Shown here: piece by piece, positions 13,260-25,492 of the stretch
Layout of the letters: the number at the start of each line of letters is the position of its first letter
Position numbering within the stretch: the stretch's first letter is position 1
NCBI RefSeq assembly: GCF_963921235.1
Contig: NC_086109.1
Span: 32,304,001-32,368,000 of the forward strand
Direction of reading: 5' to 3'
From: Mobula hypostoma
Lineage: Eukaryota
DNA: 64,000 bases
Made by a program: the position numbers and the translations under genes
Notes under the pieces: model-generated
Told to the model about the DNA's origin: nothing
Seen by the model: only the letters and a program-made list of their open reading frames with translations
The model's database searches: none

Positions 13260-15950
13260 GTTTTAAGACATTTTTAAAAATCTATCAGACTCCAAAATCA
13301 GAGGAACCTCGACTGCAGACTCAGGTCGCTACAGAAGGTGCCTTTTTAAGGAAAAAAAATGCGGAAAGCGTGCTGGGCTGCAAGTAAAACTGAACTGCAG
13401 AGCCCGTAGATGCCCACTCCCAAATATTCTGCTGGCGAATGTAAGGTCTCTGGAAGATAAAATTAAATCTCTCAAAGCAAGATTGCAGTAGCAAAGGGAC
13501 ATCAGGGACTGCTGTGTGTTTTGCTTCACGGAAACATAGCTTACCTCCACCATTTCAGAGGTAGCACTACAGCCCAAGGGCTTCACCATCAACCAAAAAG
13601 ACAGGACGATGCAGTCTCTTGAAGCAGAGTGTGTTTCATGATTAACTCATCGTAGTGCACAGACATGGCAGTTCTGTCTCAGATGGGCTCACCTGAACTG
13701 GAACATCTAGATTTCAAGTGTCATCCATTTTATCTGCTGCAGGAATTTTCAACAGTCATTCTGGTAGCGGTGTATATTCCACCTCAGGCCAAAGTCAGAC
13801 AGGCACTGGAGGAGCTGAGCAGTGATCAACAGTCATGAAACAGTACACCAGAATGCCTTCTGGCTCATATGCATGATTTCAACTAGGACAGCTTGAAGAA
13901 GTCTCCGACTAACCACCACCAACATACCACCTGTGGAACGAGAGGAGCCAACCACTGTTACACTACCATCAAGTACACTTACCGTGCTATTCCACACCCA
14001 TACTTTGGAACCTCTCTGTTCTACTTCAGATGTACAGGCAGAGACTGAGAACTGCAGAACCAGTGGCAACAGGAGGTGGAAGAGCATTTAAGACGACTAT
14101 TTTGAATTGGTAGACTGGACAATAATCAGGGATTCATCTTCAAACCTGAATGAATATATCAATTATCACCAACTTCATCAAAACCTATGTGAATTAGTTT
14201 GTGCCTTCAAGAGCATATCGGGCATACCCAAACTAAATGCCATAGATAAACCAGTTGATTCGCTGTCTGCTGAGGGCAAGATCTGTGGCATTCAAGACCA
14301 ATGATCCAGAACTATACAAGAAATCCACGTATGACCCACTGAAAGCTATTTTAAGAGAAAAAAGCAACTTGATTGAAATTAGAGATGGAATCAAATGCAC
14401 ATCAACTCTTCAGGGTTTGCAGGCCATTACTTCCTACAAGGCAAAACCAAACATCATGAATGGTTGTGATGTTTCAGTGCCAGATGAACTCAACACTTTT
14501 GATGTTCACTTCGAAAGGGAGAATAAAACTACACCCTTTCAAATCCCTGCAACATCTGATGACCTTGTGATCTTTGTCTCGGATGCCAAAGGTCAGAACA
14601 TCTTTGAAGGCGGTAAACCCTCACAAGGCATCAGGCGCCAATGATATACCTGGTGGGGCAGTGAAAACCTGTGCCAGCAATTGGCAGCAGTGTTCAAGGA
14701 CATCTGCAATCTCACACTGTTGCAGTCAGTGTTTACCAACTGGTTCAGAAGGGCAACAATCATACCAGTGTCCAAGAGTAGTAGGGCAAGATACCTTGAT
14801 GACCATCACTTAGTTGCACTCACATCTACTTTGAGAGGTTGGTCATGGCCAGAATCAACTTCTGCCCAAGAGAAGACCTGGAACCACTACAATTTGTCTA
14901 TCACTACAACAGGTGCACAGCAAATGCAATCTCACTGGCCTTGGACCACCTGGACAATAGCAATACCAACATCTAATTGCTGTTTATTGATTACGACTCA
15001 GCTTTCAACACAATCACACGCTCAGCACTAATCAACAAGCTCCAAAACCTGCACCTCTGTACCCCGCCTCTGCAACTGGATCCCTGACTTCCTCATTGGG
15101 AGACCACAGTCAGTGCAGATCGGAAATAACATCTCCTCCTCGCTGACAACCAACACCAGCACACCTCAAGGATATGCGCTTAGCCCACGGCTCTAGTCTA
15201 CACCCACGACTGTGTGGCTAGGCACAGCTCAAACGCCACCAATGACACAACTAACTCTGGCAGAATTTCAGTTTAATATGAGAAAGCATACAGAAGACAG
15301 ACCAGGTGATTGAGAGGTGTCGCAACACCAAACTTGCATGAACACAAGACCAAGGAACTGATTGTGGACTTCAAGAAAGGCAAGTTGAGGGACAATATAA
15401 CAGATTTCTTTAAAGTTTCACTAGTGGACAAGTGAGCAGTTTCAAGTTTCAGCATCCCAGAAACTTTTTTTGGGCCCAACATATTGATGCAATTACAAAG
15501 GCAGCACAACAGCAACTACATTTCATTAGGAGTCTGAGGAGATTTGGTATGTCACCAAAGACTCTCGCAAATTTCTACAGATGTACCATGGAGAGTATCC
15601 TATCTGGTTGCATTACCATCTGATATGGAGAGGCCACTGCATAGTATTGGAAAAAGCTGCAGAATGTGGCAAACTTCGCCAGTTCCATCATGAGCATTAG
15701 CCTCCATGAAGGCAGCATCTATCATTACGGACCACCATCACCCAGGACATGCTCTCTTCTGATTGCTACCAGCAAGGATGTGGTACAGGAAGACACATAC
15801 TCAACATTTCAGGACTCATCATTGTAGTGCTCTCTTTTTGCACTGCTTATTTAATTTTATTTATCTTATTGTAATTTGTAGTTTTTTAAATTATGTATTG
15901 CACTTACTGCTACCGCAAAACAACAAATTTCACGACATATGCCAGTGTCA
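13260..15950 (+). mobile_element. Near full-length, decayed Rex1/Babar LINE (APE-RT)
   Basis: Fragments [67 protein letters not shown] and KAAQQQLHFIRSLRRFG. Confidence 0.88.
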
Positions 15951-16575
15951 ATAACACAAAGGAGGGTATCGACTTCAGGAGAACTCGCACCATTCACATC
16001 CCCCTTTACATTGGCAGCACCGCAGTGGAAATTGAAACCAGTTTCAAGCTCGTTGGAAAGCAAACCATAACTTCTTATGGTCCCAGAACACATTCTACAC
16101 AATCAGGAAAGCTCGGCAAAGCTTCTACTTTTTGAGGAGGCCGAAGAGAGCTGGAGTTTGCACATCCATACTCACATCATAGAGATGCACAGTAGAGAGC
16201 ATCCTAACAAGCCGCATCACTGCTTGGGACGGAAACTGCACTGCTGTGGGTGGAGGGGTTCTAAATTGGGGAGTCAAAACGGCCCAACGCATCACTAGCA
16301 CCAGCCTACCCACCCAAGCTGTCCGAATGATCAACACCTCCATAACTTTATTATTTCCCATCAGTCACCTTCTATACAGCTTAGCATCACTTTATGGAAA
16401 TACAATCTATGTATACTAGTTATCTTATGTATTTATATTTATTGTGTTTTTATTATTATTATGTTCTTTATCTTTTGTAGGTTTTCTGTGCTGCATCAGA
16501 TTCAGAGTAACAAGTATTTTGTCTCCTTACACCTGCATACAGGAAATGACATTAAACAATACTGAATCTTGATAT
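15951..16575 (+). mobile_element. Second, 5'-truncated Rex1-type LINE 3' fragment abutting the first
   Basis: The RT C-terminal motifs restart (TKE..IDFRR, CTVESILTSRITAWDGNC), followed by a T-rich 3'UTR and an attaaacaat...tgaatcttga tail. Confidence 0.7.
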
Positions 16576-18641
16576 TTAATCTGATTCATAAATATTCTTA
16601 AAATTTTATATTAATGCTCTATCTTCCATCTCTTGCCCACGTACATAACCCATTTTCTACATTGCAAACTATCTGCATCCTGCTTACAAATGGTTTTTCC
16701 CCACTGAGATTGCCAAGATTTGCAGAAAACACAAATATAGTATGAACTGGTCCCTAACGCAAATCATAAATAGCTGAACTCCAGTCATATAACCTGGGAA
16801 CAAAAGTGAGAAGAAATTCAGCTCAAGGAAGTAAGAAACCAAAAGCTAAGAAATACCTTAAACACACACACATCACAAAAGGAAGATGAAGATCTGATGT
16901 TGTGAAATCAGAACTGCAAATCGCATGTAGAATCTAAAAATCATTACTCAATTTAAGCAAATATGGTATTCCATGACTCATAGGTGAGATTAAAATGCAA
17001 CATTGAATAGATCAGAACAATGGTATGAGGTACTGATTTACTTCCAAATATTTAATGTAAGTAGCTGTTTATTTAAAACCAGTGTTGCTGCACAAGAAAC
17101 TTCGTGGGTCAGAAAATATGCAGATTAATAGTAGGAAGGGATTTGCACTGATTGCTAAACTCAGTTCCAAAGACAGTCAAAACTATAAATGGGTGGAAAT
17201 CAGATAAAAAGAAAAACAGCAGTAAAGTTAATATACAGAACAGAATGAATTCAAAACATCAGTTTCACTAGGACATTACTCAAAATGCGAGTGCCAATTT
17301 TGCTACATGGACCGTAGCAACTCTTAGTTTCAATCCTGCCAATTCTGTTTGATAATCTCTCTAATGAAAGATTAAAGACTTGAAATAGCAATTCGGCTAA
17401 AATGCAACAGATGCTGCTGACTGCTGAGTATTTCGTACATTTTTTGCTCTATTTCAAGATTTCCATAACTTGCATTATTTTGCTTTTATACTTTTGACAG
17501 ACTGTTATTGGGACAGCAGATTTTCATAAGAAAGCATGACTACTGAAATATTTATAAGGGAATTTCATGTGTCAGCAGAAGAGCAATTGCAAACAGAATT
17601 AATGGATTATTTCTAATTGTTACTTGAGAATGAGGAAACAAAAGCAGCAATCTTGTACTGGTTATGTGCTATTTTTAAATTACTCTCATCATGCACTTTA
17701 AAGCATCAAAATGGCTTAAAATATGCTTAGACTACTGCAAACACCTGGATCAACAAAATCCAAGCCAGATGTTCCACACAATCCAACCTATCATACAAAA
17801 TATAGTGGCATGCAAAAGTTTGGCCACCCCAGTCAAAATTTCTCTTACTGTGAATAGCTAAGCGAGTAAAAGATGAACTGATTTCCAAAAGGCATAAAGT
17901 TAAAGATGACACATTTCTTTAATATTTTAAGCAAGAAAACTTTTTTTATTTCCATCTTTTACAGTTTCAAAATAACGAAAAAAGGAAAAGGACCCGAAGC
18001 AAAAGTTTGGGCACCCTGCATGGTCAGTACTTAGTAACACCCCCTTTGGCAAGTATCACAGCTTGTAAACACTTTTTGTAGCCAGCTAACGGTCTTTTAA
18101 TTCTTGTTTGGGGGATTTTCGCCCATTCTTCCTTGCAAAAGGCTTCTAGTTCTGTGAGATTCTTGGGCCGTCTTGCATACACTGCTCTTTTGAGGTCTAT
18201 CCACAGATTCTCGATGATGTTTAGGACAGGGGACTGTAAGAGCCATGGCAAAACCTTCAGCTTGTACCTCGAGGTATCCATTGTGGATTTTGAGGTGTGT
18301 TTAGGTTCATTATCCTGTTGTAAAAGCCATCCTCTTTTTATCTTTGGCTTTTTTTTTAAACAAACGGTGTGATGCTTGCTTCCAGAATTTACTGGTATTT
18401 AATTGAATAATTGAATTCATTCTTCCCTCGACCAGTAAATGTTCCCCATTCCACTGGCTGCAACACGAGCCCAAAGCATGATCGATCCACCACTGTGTTG
18501 AACAGTTGGGGTTCTTTTCATGAAATTCTGCAACCTTTTTTCTCCAAACATATCTTTGCTCATTGCGGGCAAAGAGTTCTACTCAAAAGGTGAACAAGCC
18601 TGATGCATTTTGGAAACAAGTCCTGTAGACCGATGAAGTTA

Positions 18642-19065
18642 CCTCCCCCTCGTACCCCATCTGTTACTCTTTTTTATGCACACATTTCTTTCTCTCACTC
18701 TCCTTTTTCTCCCTCTGTCCCTCTGAATATACCTCTTGCCCATCCTCTGGGTCAACCCCCCCCCGTCTTTCTTCCCGGACCTCCTGTCCCATGATCCTCT
18801 CGTATCCCCTTCTGCCTATCACCTGTCCAGCTCTCGGCTCCATCCCTCCCCCTCCTGTCTTCTCCTATCATTTTGGATCTCCCCCTCCCCCTCCAGCTTT
18901 CAAATCCCTTACTCACTCTTCCTTCAGTTAGTCCTGACGAAGGGTCTCGGCCTGAAACGTCGACTGCACCTCTTCCTATAGATGCTGCCTGGCCTGCTGC
19001 GTTCACCAGCAACTTTGATGTGTGTTGCTTGAATTTCCAGCATCTGCAGAATTCCTGTTGTTTGC
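18642..19065 (+). mobile_element. Penelope terminal-repeat insertion (young)
   Basis: It interrupts the Tc1 reading TDEV|KIEL with a duplicated gtta, and is nearly identical to 20130-20545. Confidence 0.9.
18930..18965 (+). ncRNA. Minimal type I hammerhead ribozyme with intact core
   Basis: AGTC CTGACGA AGG-GTCTCGG-CCT GAAA CGTC GACT: CUGANGA and GAAA boxes, stems I and II, a palindromic ACGU stem III and a GUC cleavage triplet. Confidence 0.8.
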
Positions 19066-19758
19066 GTTAAAATAGAACTTCTTGGCCACAGCGAGCAAAG
19101 GTATGTTTGGAGAAAAAAAGAGTGCAGAACTTCATTAAAAGAACCCCTCTCCAACTGTTAAGCACAGGGGTGGATCGATCATGCTTTGGGCTTGTGTTGC
19201 AGCCAGTGGTATGGGGAACATTTACTAGTAGAGGGAAGAATGAATTCAATTAAATACCAGCAAATTCTGGAAGCAAACATCACACCGTCTGTAAGAAAAA
19301 AAAGCCGAAGCTGAAAAGAGTATGGCTTCTACAACAGGATAATGATTCTAAACACACCTCAAAATCCACAATGGACTACCTCAAGAGGCACAACCTGAAG
19401 GCTTTGCCATGGCCCTCACAGTCCCCTGACCTAAACATCATTGAGAATCTGTGGATAGACCTCAAAAGAGCAGTGCATGCAAGACGGACCAAGAATCTCA
19501 CAGAACTAGAAGCCTTTTGCAAGGAAGAATGGGAGAAAATCCCCCAAACAAGAGTTGAAAGACTCTTAGCTGGCTACAGAAAGCATTTACAAGCTGTGAT
19601 ACTTGCCAAAGGGGGTGTTACTAAGTACTGACCATGCAGGGTGCCCAAACTTTTGCTTCCGGCCCTTTTCCTTTTTTGTTATTTTGAAACCATAAAAGAT
19701 GGAAATAAAAAAGTTTTCTTGCTTAAAATATTAAATAAATGTGTCATCTTTAACTTTA

Positions 19759-20545
19759 ACTTCCACCATTCAGGGCCCCAAACAGTCCTTCCAGGTGAGG
19801 CATCACTTCACCTGTGAGTCGACTGGGGTGATATACTGCGTCCGGTGCTCCCGATGTGGCCTTTTATATATTGGCGAGACCCGACACAGACTGGGAGACC
19901 GCTTTGTTGAACATCTACGCTCTGTCCGCCAGAGAAAGCAGGATCTCCCAGTGGCCACACATTTTAATTCCACATCCCATTCCCATTCTGACATGTCTAT
20001 CCACGACCTCCTCTACTGTAAAGATGAAGCCACACTCAGGTTGGAGGAACAACACCTTATATTCCGTCTGGGTAGCCTCCAACCCGATGGCATGAACATC
20101 GACTTCTCTAACTTCCGCTAAGGCCCCACCTCCCCCTCGTACCTCATCTGTTACTCATTTTTATGCACACATTCTTTCTCTCACTCTCTTTTTTCTCCCT
20201 CTGTCCCTCTGAATATACCTCTTGCCCATCCTCTGGGTCCCCCCCCCCCTTGTCTTTCTTCCCGGACCTCCTGTCCCATGATCCTCTCGTATCCCCTTTT
20301 GCCTATCACCTGTCCAGCTCTCGGCTCTATCCCTCCCCCTCCTGTCTTCTCCTATCATTTTGGATCTCCCCCTCCAACTTTCAAATCCCTTACTCACTCT
20401 TCCTTCAGTTAGTCCTGACAAAGGGTCTCGGCCTGAAACGTCGACTGCACCTCTTTCTACAGATGCCGCTTGGCCTGCTGCGTTCACCAGCAACATTGAT
20501 GTGTGTTGCTTGAATTTCCAGCATCTGCAGAATTCCTGTTGTTTG
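19759..20545 (+). mobile_element. 5'-truncated Penelope element: uninterrupted GIY-YIG endonuclease frame plus terminal repeat
   Basis: FTCESTGVIYCVRCSRCGLLYIGET..RF.EH...RLEEQHLIFRLGSLQPDGMN. 14-bp TSD catctttaacttta at 19745-19758 and 20546-20559. The hammerhead core is mutated to CTGACAA at ~20415. Confidence 0.93.
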
Positions 20546-21179
20546 CATCTTTAACTTTATGTCTTTTGGAAATCAGTTCATCTTTTACTCGCTTAGCTAT
20601 TCACAGTAACAGAAATTTTGACCGGGGTGCCCAAACTTTTGCATGGCTCTGTATATAAAATCACTATAATTTGATTTATGTGATGTGAAAATATTGTTCC
20701 AGTATCTTTGAAAATATTCAATGGTCATTAAAATTTATGCTCTTCAAAACAATTATTTAGAAAGAATCACTTTTCATAGTTGCAAATTTCACTCAAAATT
20801 CTACCTAGAATCATTCACTAATATGTGGATCATTCAGCCCATATTTCAAACATCTGTGAAAGTATTCACAAAACATAAAAAACTACTGGAAGACTAACTT
20901 TCTTCAGAAAACACCACACACTACCCATTCACAAGTCATGATGCTACATACCACTCTCAATTCAGTGGAATGAGTCACAATACTCGAGGAAGCCACAGTC
21001 CAGAACTTGCTTTTCCTATCCTTTTCCAGGGAAGATCTTGACTTTACACTTCACCACCACTTGACTTCAATAGGATCAGCAATTAACCATTCAGAGAAAT
21101 CTGGGATTTGATTTCCATATTCTTGACAAGGTAACTTGTCAAATTGACAAAAAGAAAGCAAAAAATAAGAAATGAAATA

Positions 21180-21957
21180 CAGTGGTTTCTGGTTAATTGG
21201 GGCAAACGCTTATTTGGGAGAACTCTTAAAGAACAAAAACTAATCGAGAAAGTAGCCAGATTCCCTTTGTTTATTTAGTACACTATGCCACTTAATTGGG
21301 ACAGGAAGACTATTGCTAAGGTTTCTAACTAGCATACCGTTAGATACTACACTGTGCTTAGAGTAAACAGTTTTTAAAATTGTGCCAGTGGTGTGTATTT
21401 GTGTTCAAAAAGCAGTGAATTTTGTTACAGATAGTAGGTGAGAAATTAGCAATAAGACAATTCAGAACCGTTTTGTTCACAGCGGTTTCAAGTATTCAGG
21501 CTTCAAGATGCCAGAAAAAGCCAGGAGTGAAAATGAAACTATTTCGCTACCACAACAAATTAGGAACTACAGAGAATTTGAAGGTATCGATAAGCATCTT
21601 GAATGTTACAATGAAAATTAAGATTTAGAGGATGCAATCTTCCAAAGTATTCTATGAAGGCAGTCATTATTTGCACTAGATGTCTGTGCTGATTTTGCTC
21701 ATTTACAGTGAATCAAAAAAACATGACAGCATATACTGGATGAATTCCTCCATCAATAACTATTAGGAACTAATAAACAGTTTTATAGTACTGTATTGGT
21801 AGTGTTCTAAGTTTTTCTGTATTTCGTTTAAATACATCATTTGTTACTTACTTAAATGGTAGTTTGTCTTTTATATACTTTTTTTTAAAATCTATTTTCC
21901 TAACATTTCGACTAATTGGGCCAAAATGTACTGGTCCCAATTAACCAGAATCTACTG
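21180..21957. mobile_element. Non-autonomous Tigger/pogo-like DNA transposon
   Basis: TA|cagtggtttctggttaattggg ... cccaattaaccagaatctactg|TA. A second copy lies at 58268-59165 in the opposite orientation. Confidence 0.8.
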
Positions 21958-22269
21958 TAGTTTAAAAAAAAATTATGGGATTTTAAGAGGACGGAAAGTC
22001 AAAACAATGTTTTTATAAGGGAACGAAGTGTATTTTCACAATCTTTATTTATTACACAAACCCAATTAACTTTCTACATAAAGAGTCCTCTGATACATCC
22101 TGGACAAGTCCAATATCCATAAAACAAGTTCCTAAATCCTACACAAAAATAAGTCATAATGTGAAAAAGTATCTAGTGCTTTCCCATAGAAATCATAATG
22201 TCTCTGAAATGAAATGGTACATTAGCTTGCACAAAACAATGCTGTAGCCAAGTTTAAAGAAAACCTCAC

Positions 22270-23654
22270 CTGTGAGTAGGTATCTGTGGCACAGTCACTA
22301 CTGGTACTGCTGCGCGTCGTTCTTCAAGAAGATTTTTAATTTTTTTAGTTTTCTGTTTAGATTTGGCTTTGGTCTTTTTAGTTGACACTTTCTTTGGACT
22401 CTCTCCATCCTCAACATCTTCTACTTTATTCTCTTCGTCTTCCTCCGCCTCATTATCATCCAATGCAAGTATCTTTTTTACTGACCCTGGCGGGGAGTGA
22501 ACATCACAATATGCAGTTTTTCGGACGCTGAAAGTTGTCCCATTGGCACTAGTTTCTCGTACCGGTTCCATCTTCATGTATAAACCAGTCCGCTGAGCAC
22601 AGGTCACATGGAATGCTGTATAGCAATTAGCCTTGTGACACTGAATAGATGCACCAGCACCTTTTTGTTTGCAAATATAACATACTAACTTCCACCTAGC
22701 AGAAGGAATGTTCTCAATGCTGTCTATTGGCTCCAGGAACACTGTGTTAGCGAAGCAAACTTCTGGTATCCATAAAGCACAAACTACATGAGCCCAGCGG
22801 CCATCATCTGTCTGTTTAAATGCACCACCATTATTTGGACATAAAGCACAATCAACAGGCCTAGAAGGAGACTGCAGACAGCAGCGGCAAAGCCATTGTC
22901 CTTCTGGAATATATGGTACTCCATAGCACTCCTGATGTACAGCAAGATTGCAGATATCACAAAATAAGATTACATTGCTATTCTGACACTCACCATCCAT
23001 ACAAATGCAACAAACTGCATCTTCATCAATTAAAGATTGGGGATCGCCTTTATTCCGGCTTTCAAAATAGGATTCTTTTTCCAGTTTGTCCATGAGGTAC
23101 TCAAATATTTCTTGTGATACTATGCCAAGCATATCACTCTTGCGCTTTTCATTGATCATTTCTAGCCATGCATAATCCTCCTCATCCATATCATATTCAA
23201 CCTCACCATCCAACTCTTCCACTGACTTTTCAATGTATCTGTAGTATGCTGATGGTAGGGGAGGGGCATCAGGGAGCTTGTAATCAATAATTCTAAAAGA
23301 TGGTTGAGGTAATTCAGCAGATGGCCCAGCTGAATGTTTCGAGGCTGACTCTTTCCTTTTGTCTTTGCAGACTGTTCTTTTTGACTTTGAAGGAAAGAGA
23401 GGTTGTTCACTATTCTCTTTATTACTGTTACATTCTGTAATTTCTTGAGCAGTCAAGTCATCTTCAGTGATGATCTTTAAGGTGTCAAATATGCTAATTC
23501 TGTGAAGTCTGCCATCAATGTCTACCTCAACCATTCGTTGTGCTTGAGCATACGTCAATGTTTCTCTATTTGGAGAACACTTAAGTCCATAGGGAGAGGG
23601 GGAGCGACGACCTCCACAGTTATTTCTCATCCTTCTCCGTGGTTTTCGCATCAT
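22270..23654 (-). CDS. BRPF3: BRPF3 (bromodomain and PHD finger-containing protein 3), first coding exon: N-terminal HAT-binding region, EPC-N and PZP (PHD1-zinc knuckle-PHD2)
   Basis: [48 protein letters not shown] and [15 protein letters not shown] match BRPF3. Acceptor ttcacag|ATTG at 23665; donor CAG|gtgagg at 22270 (phase 2). The gene is adjacent to a p38 gene. Later exons were not found in the window. Confidence 0.95.
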
Positions 23655-25149
23655 CCACTGGCAATCTGTGAAGTAAGAATATAAGCTGTGTAAAGACAAA
23701 AATTTTCACCAGTGGTCTTTCCTTTTATTCCTTCTAAAAATAAAACAAAAACATAATATTTATATCTAAGCTAGGCTTGAAAGGATAAGAATATAATTAC
23801 ACTATTGACATTTGTTTACATAGTCCCTATTCTATTTACTGTAATGATAAATATGACAAAAAATGCATAAAATTAAACTGAAATAGTAGGGAGTGTTGGA
23901 AGCTCGGTGCCTCAAATTCAATTCCATGTATCCTCAGAACCATGACTTATGTAAAGCTATATAATTTGAATATTGAACCCAGGCATCCAGTGTCTTTTAA
24001 AGGCCAGAGTTATACTGTTCAAACAAGTCGGGTAGATGACAGTATTTTTCATATGAAAGGATTTTTGTTTTCATTTTCTCGTAAAATAGAACATTTATGA
24101 CATATTCATATAACAGACAAAAAAAGTCCAGGCCAAATCTATCATTCTGCTGACTAGAAATCAGATCATACAGAAAACATACACAGAGCTTTTGCCCTCT
24201 TGGATACCTATTTTCAAAAAGGAAGCATTTCACCTTGATCAGCCTCCAGGCAGTCAGATCTAAAAATCAAAAGGCTTTCAAGAAATACTTCAATATTACC
24301 TCATGAACCTACTGTCAAGCCCAGTTACCTACACTTTTCAAAGTGTGGCACACCTCCAAAAGAATATGAAGAGCACTCCCCTGTAATTTCACCATTACTC
24401 CATTATCTCAAATCAAAAGAAAAACAAAGGACTCACCCAAAATATATGATCAATAGAGCCCAAACTAATATATATACTTTAAATAATATTGAATAAATTA
24501 GTTATTAAGATCTATTTTTTAAGGATTGGCTTAGAATAAAATGTACAGGCTATTTTGGGCTAAAGGTACCCCTTTGAATCAAGGAAAAATCGTGTGAAAG
24601 CAAGTATTCAAGTATCACCATCTTCATTCCTGCAACCGACTTTTCATAATTCCTCTTTAAATACTAGGAATACTAAGGTAAACGTAGAAGTGGGAACCTT
24701 TTCCATCCCAATTTTTGGTTAGCAACTGTTTCCAAAAATGACATATGATCTTTCACCTGATCTGTAAAGTTGCATAAGAAACATTTCTTCTTTTTAATTA
24801 CATCACCACCATTCAGTGTGGAGTCCAGTGAGAATGAATGAGGATGCTTTTTACTTTATAGGCAATTTTAGAACCTTATCAAATGTAAAATCTGATCACA
24901 CTCAGCTCATTAGAAACTCCTTATTGAAGCAAACATTCTCCAGGTTGAAAATACAGGCCATCATTACTGAATTTCAAGTGGCTAGATGTTTCAATTCAAT
25001 TCAATACTTACTTTAATTTCAGCATGAGCCATTCTCAAATGTAAATATCATTTTTATATATAAACAATAATTCAATCCTCGTGCTTTGTATGGATAGGAT
25101 CTGTTACCAGTTTCACTTGCCTTTAAATTCTTCTTTTGAGAATAGAAAG

Positions 25150-25492
25150 AATTAGAATTTTATTTCTTACATCCATCTCGGAACTAGGGAGTAAAAATCT
25201 TTATGTTGCATCTCCATCACTGTGCACAAGGAATAACGAATGGAAACATGGGAGGATATTGCCCAAACACAAAGATTGTATACATAATTGTTTTGTACAG
25301 TATATATGTATGTACAGTCTGCAATCAAAACAATCTGTATTGATAAATCTGATGGCCTGGTGAAAGAAGCTGTCCCGGAGCCTGTTGGTCCTGGCCTTAA
25401 CGCTTCAGTACTGTTTGCCAGACGGAAGCAGTTGAAACAGTTTGACTTGGGGTAGCTGGAGTCCCTGATGATCCTCTGGGCCCTTTTTACAC
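25150..25492 (-). mobile_element. Rex1-type LINE 3' fragment
   Basis: The minus strand gives KRAQRIIRDSSYP..LFQLL.SG and accaacaggctccgggacagcttctttcaccaggccatcaga. Confidence 0.75.

Larger units (their letters stand above)
17803..20651. mobile_element. Palindromic (fold-back) Tc1 derivative, copy 1: two transposase 3' halves in inverted orientation, carrying two Penelope insertions
   Basis: TA-flanked TIRs. The transposase C-terminus (..NIIENLW..AKGGVTKY) is on the minus strand at 18024-18281 and on the plus strand at 19371-19631. The strand switch is at ~18583. Confidence 0.93.

Noticed and set aside
18642..20545. A single LTR retrotransposon or retrozyme bounded by two LTRs
   Set aside because: Each repeat has its own TSD and the enclosed DNA is the contiguous Tc1 arm, so two insertions explain it better.
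18603..20554. Duplicated ORFs (MLVNAAGQAAS..., MDLPLQLSN...) suggesting a gene pair
   Set aside because: They are incidental frames in the two copies of the non-coding Penelope terminal repeat.
1..22269. BRPF3 exon 3 (expected ..YW.LKRQ.RNGVPL..)
   Set aside because: Not found by eye. It is probably beyond the window, making intron 2 longer than 22 kb, though a miss cannot be excluded.
23655..23699. N-terminal extension ([15 protein letters not shown]) and in-frame stop of the 477-aa ORF
   Set aside because: The ORF starts at a TTG inside the intron, upstream of the acceptor at 23665. Its stop lies within the donor gtgagg. The real CDS starts at 23654 or 23651 and splices on.
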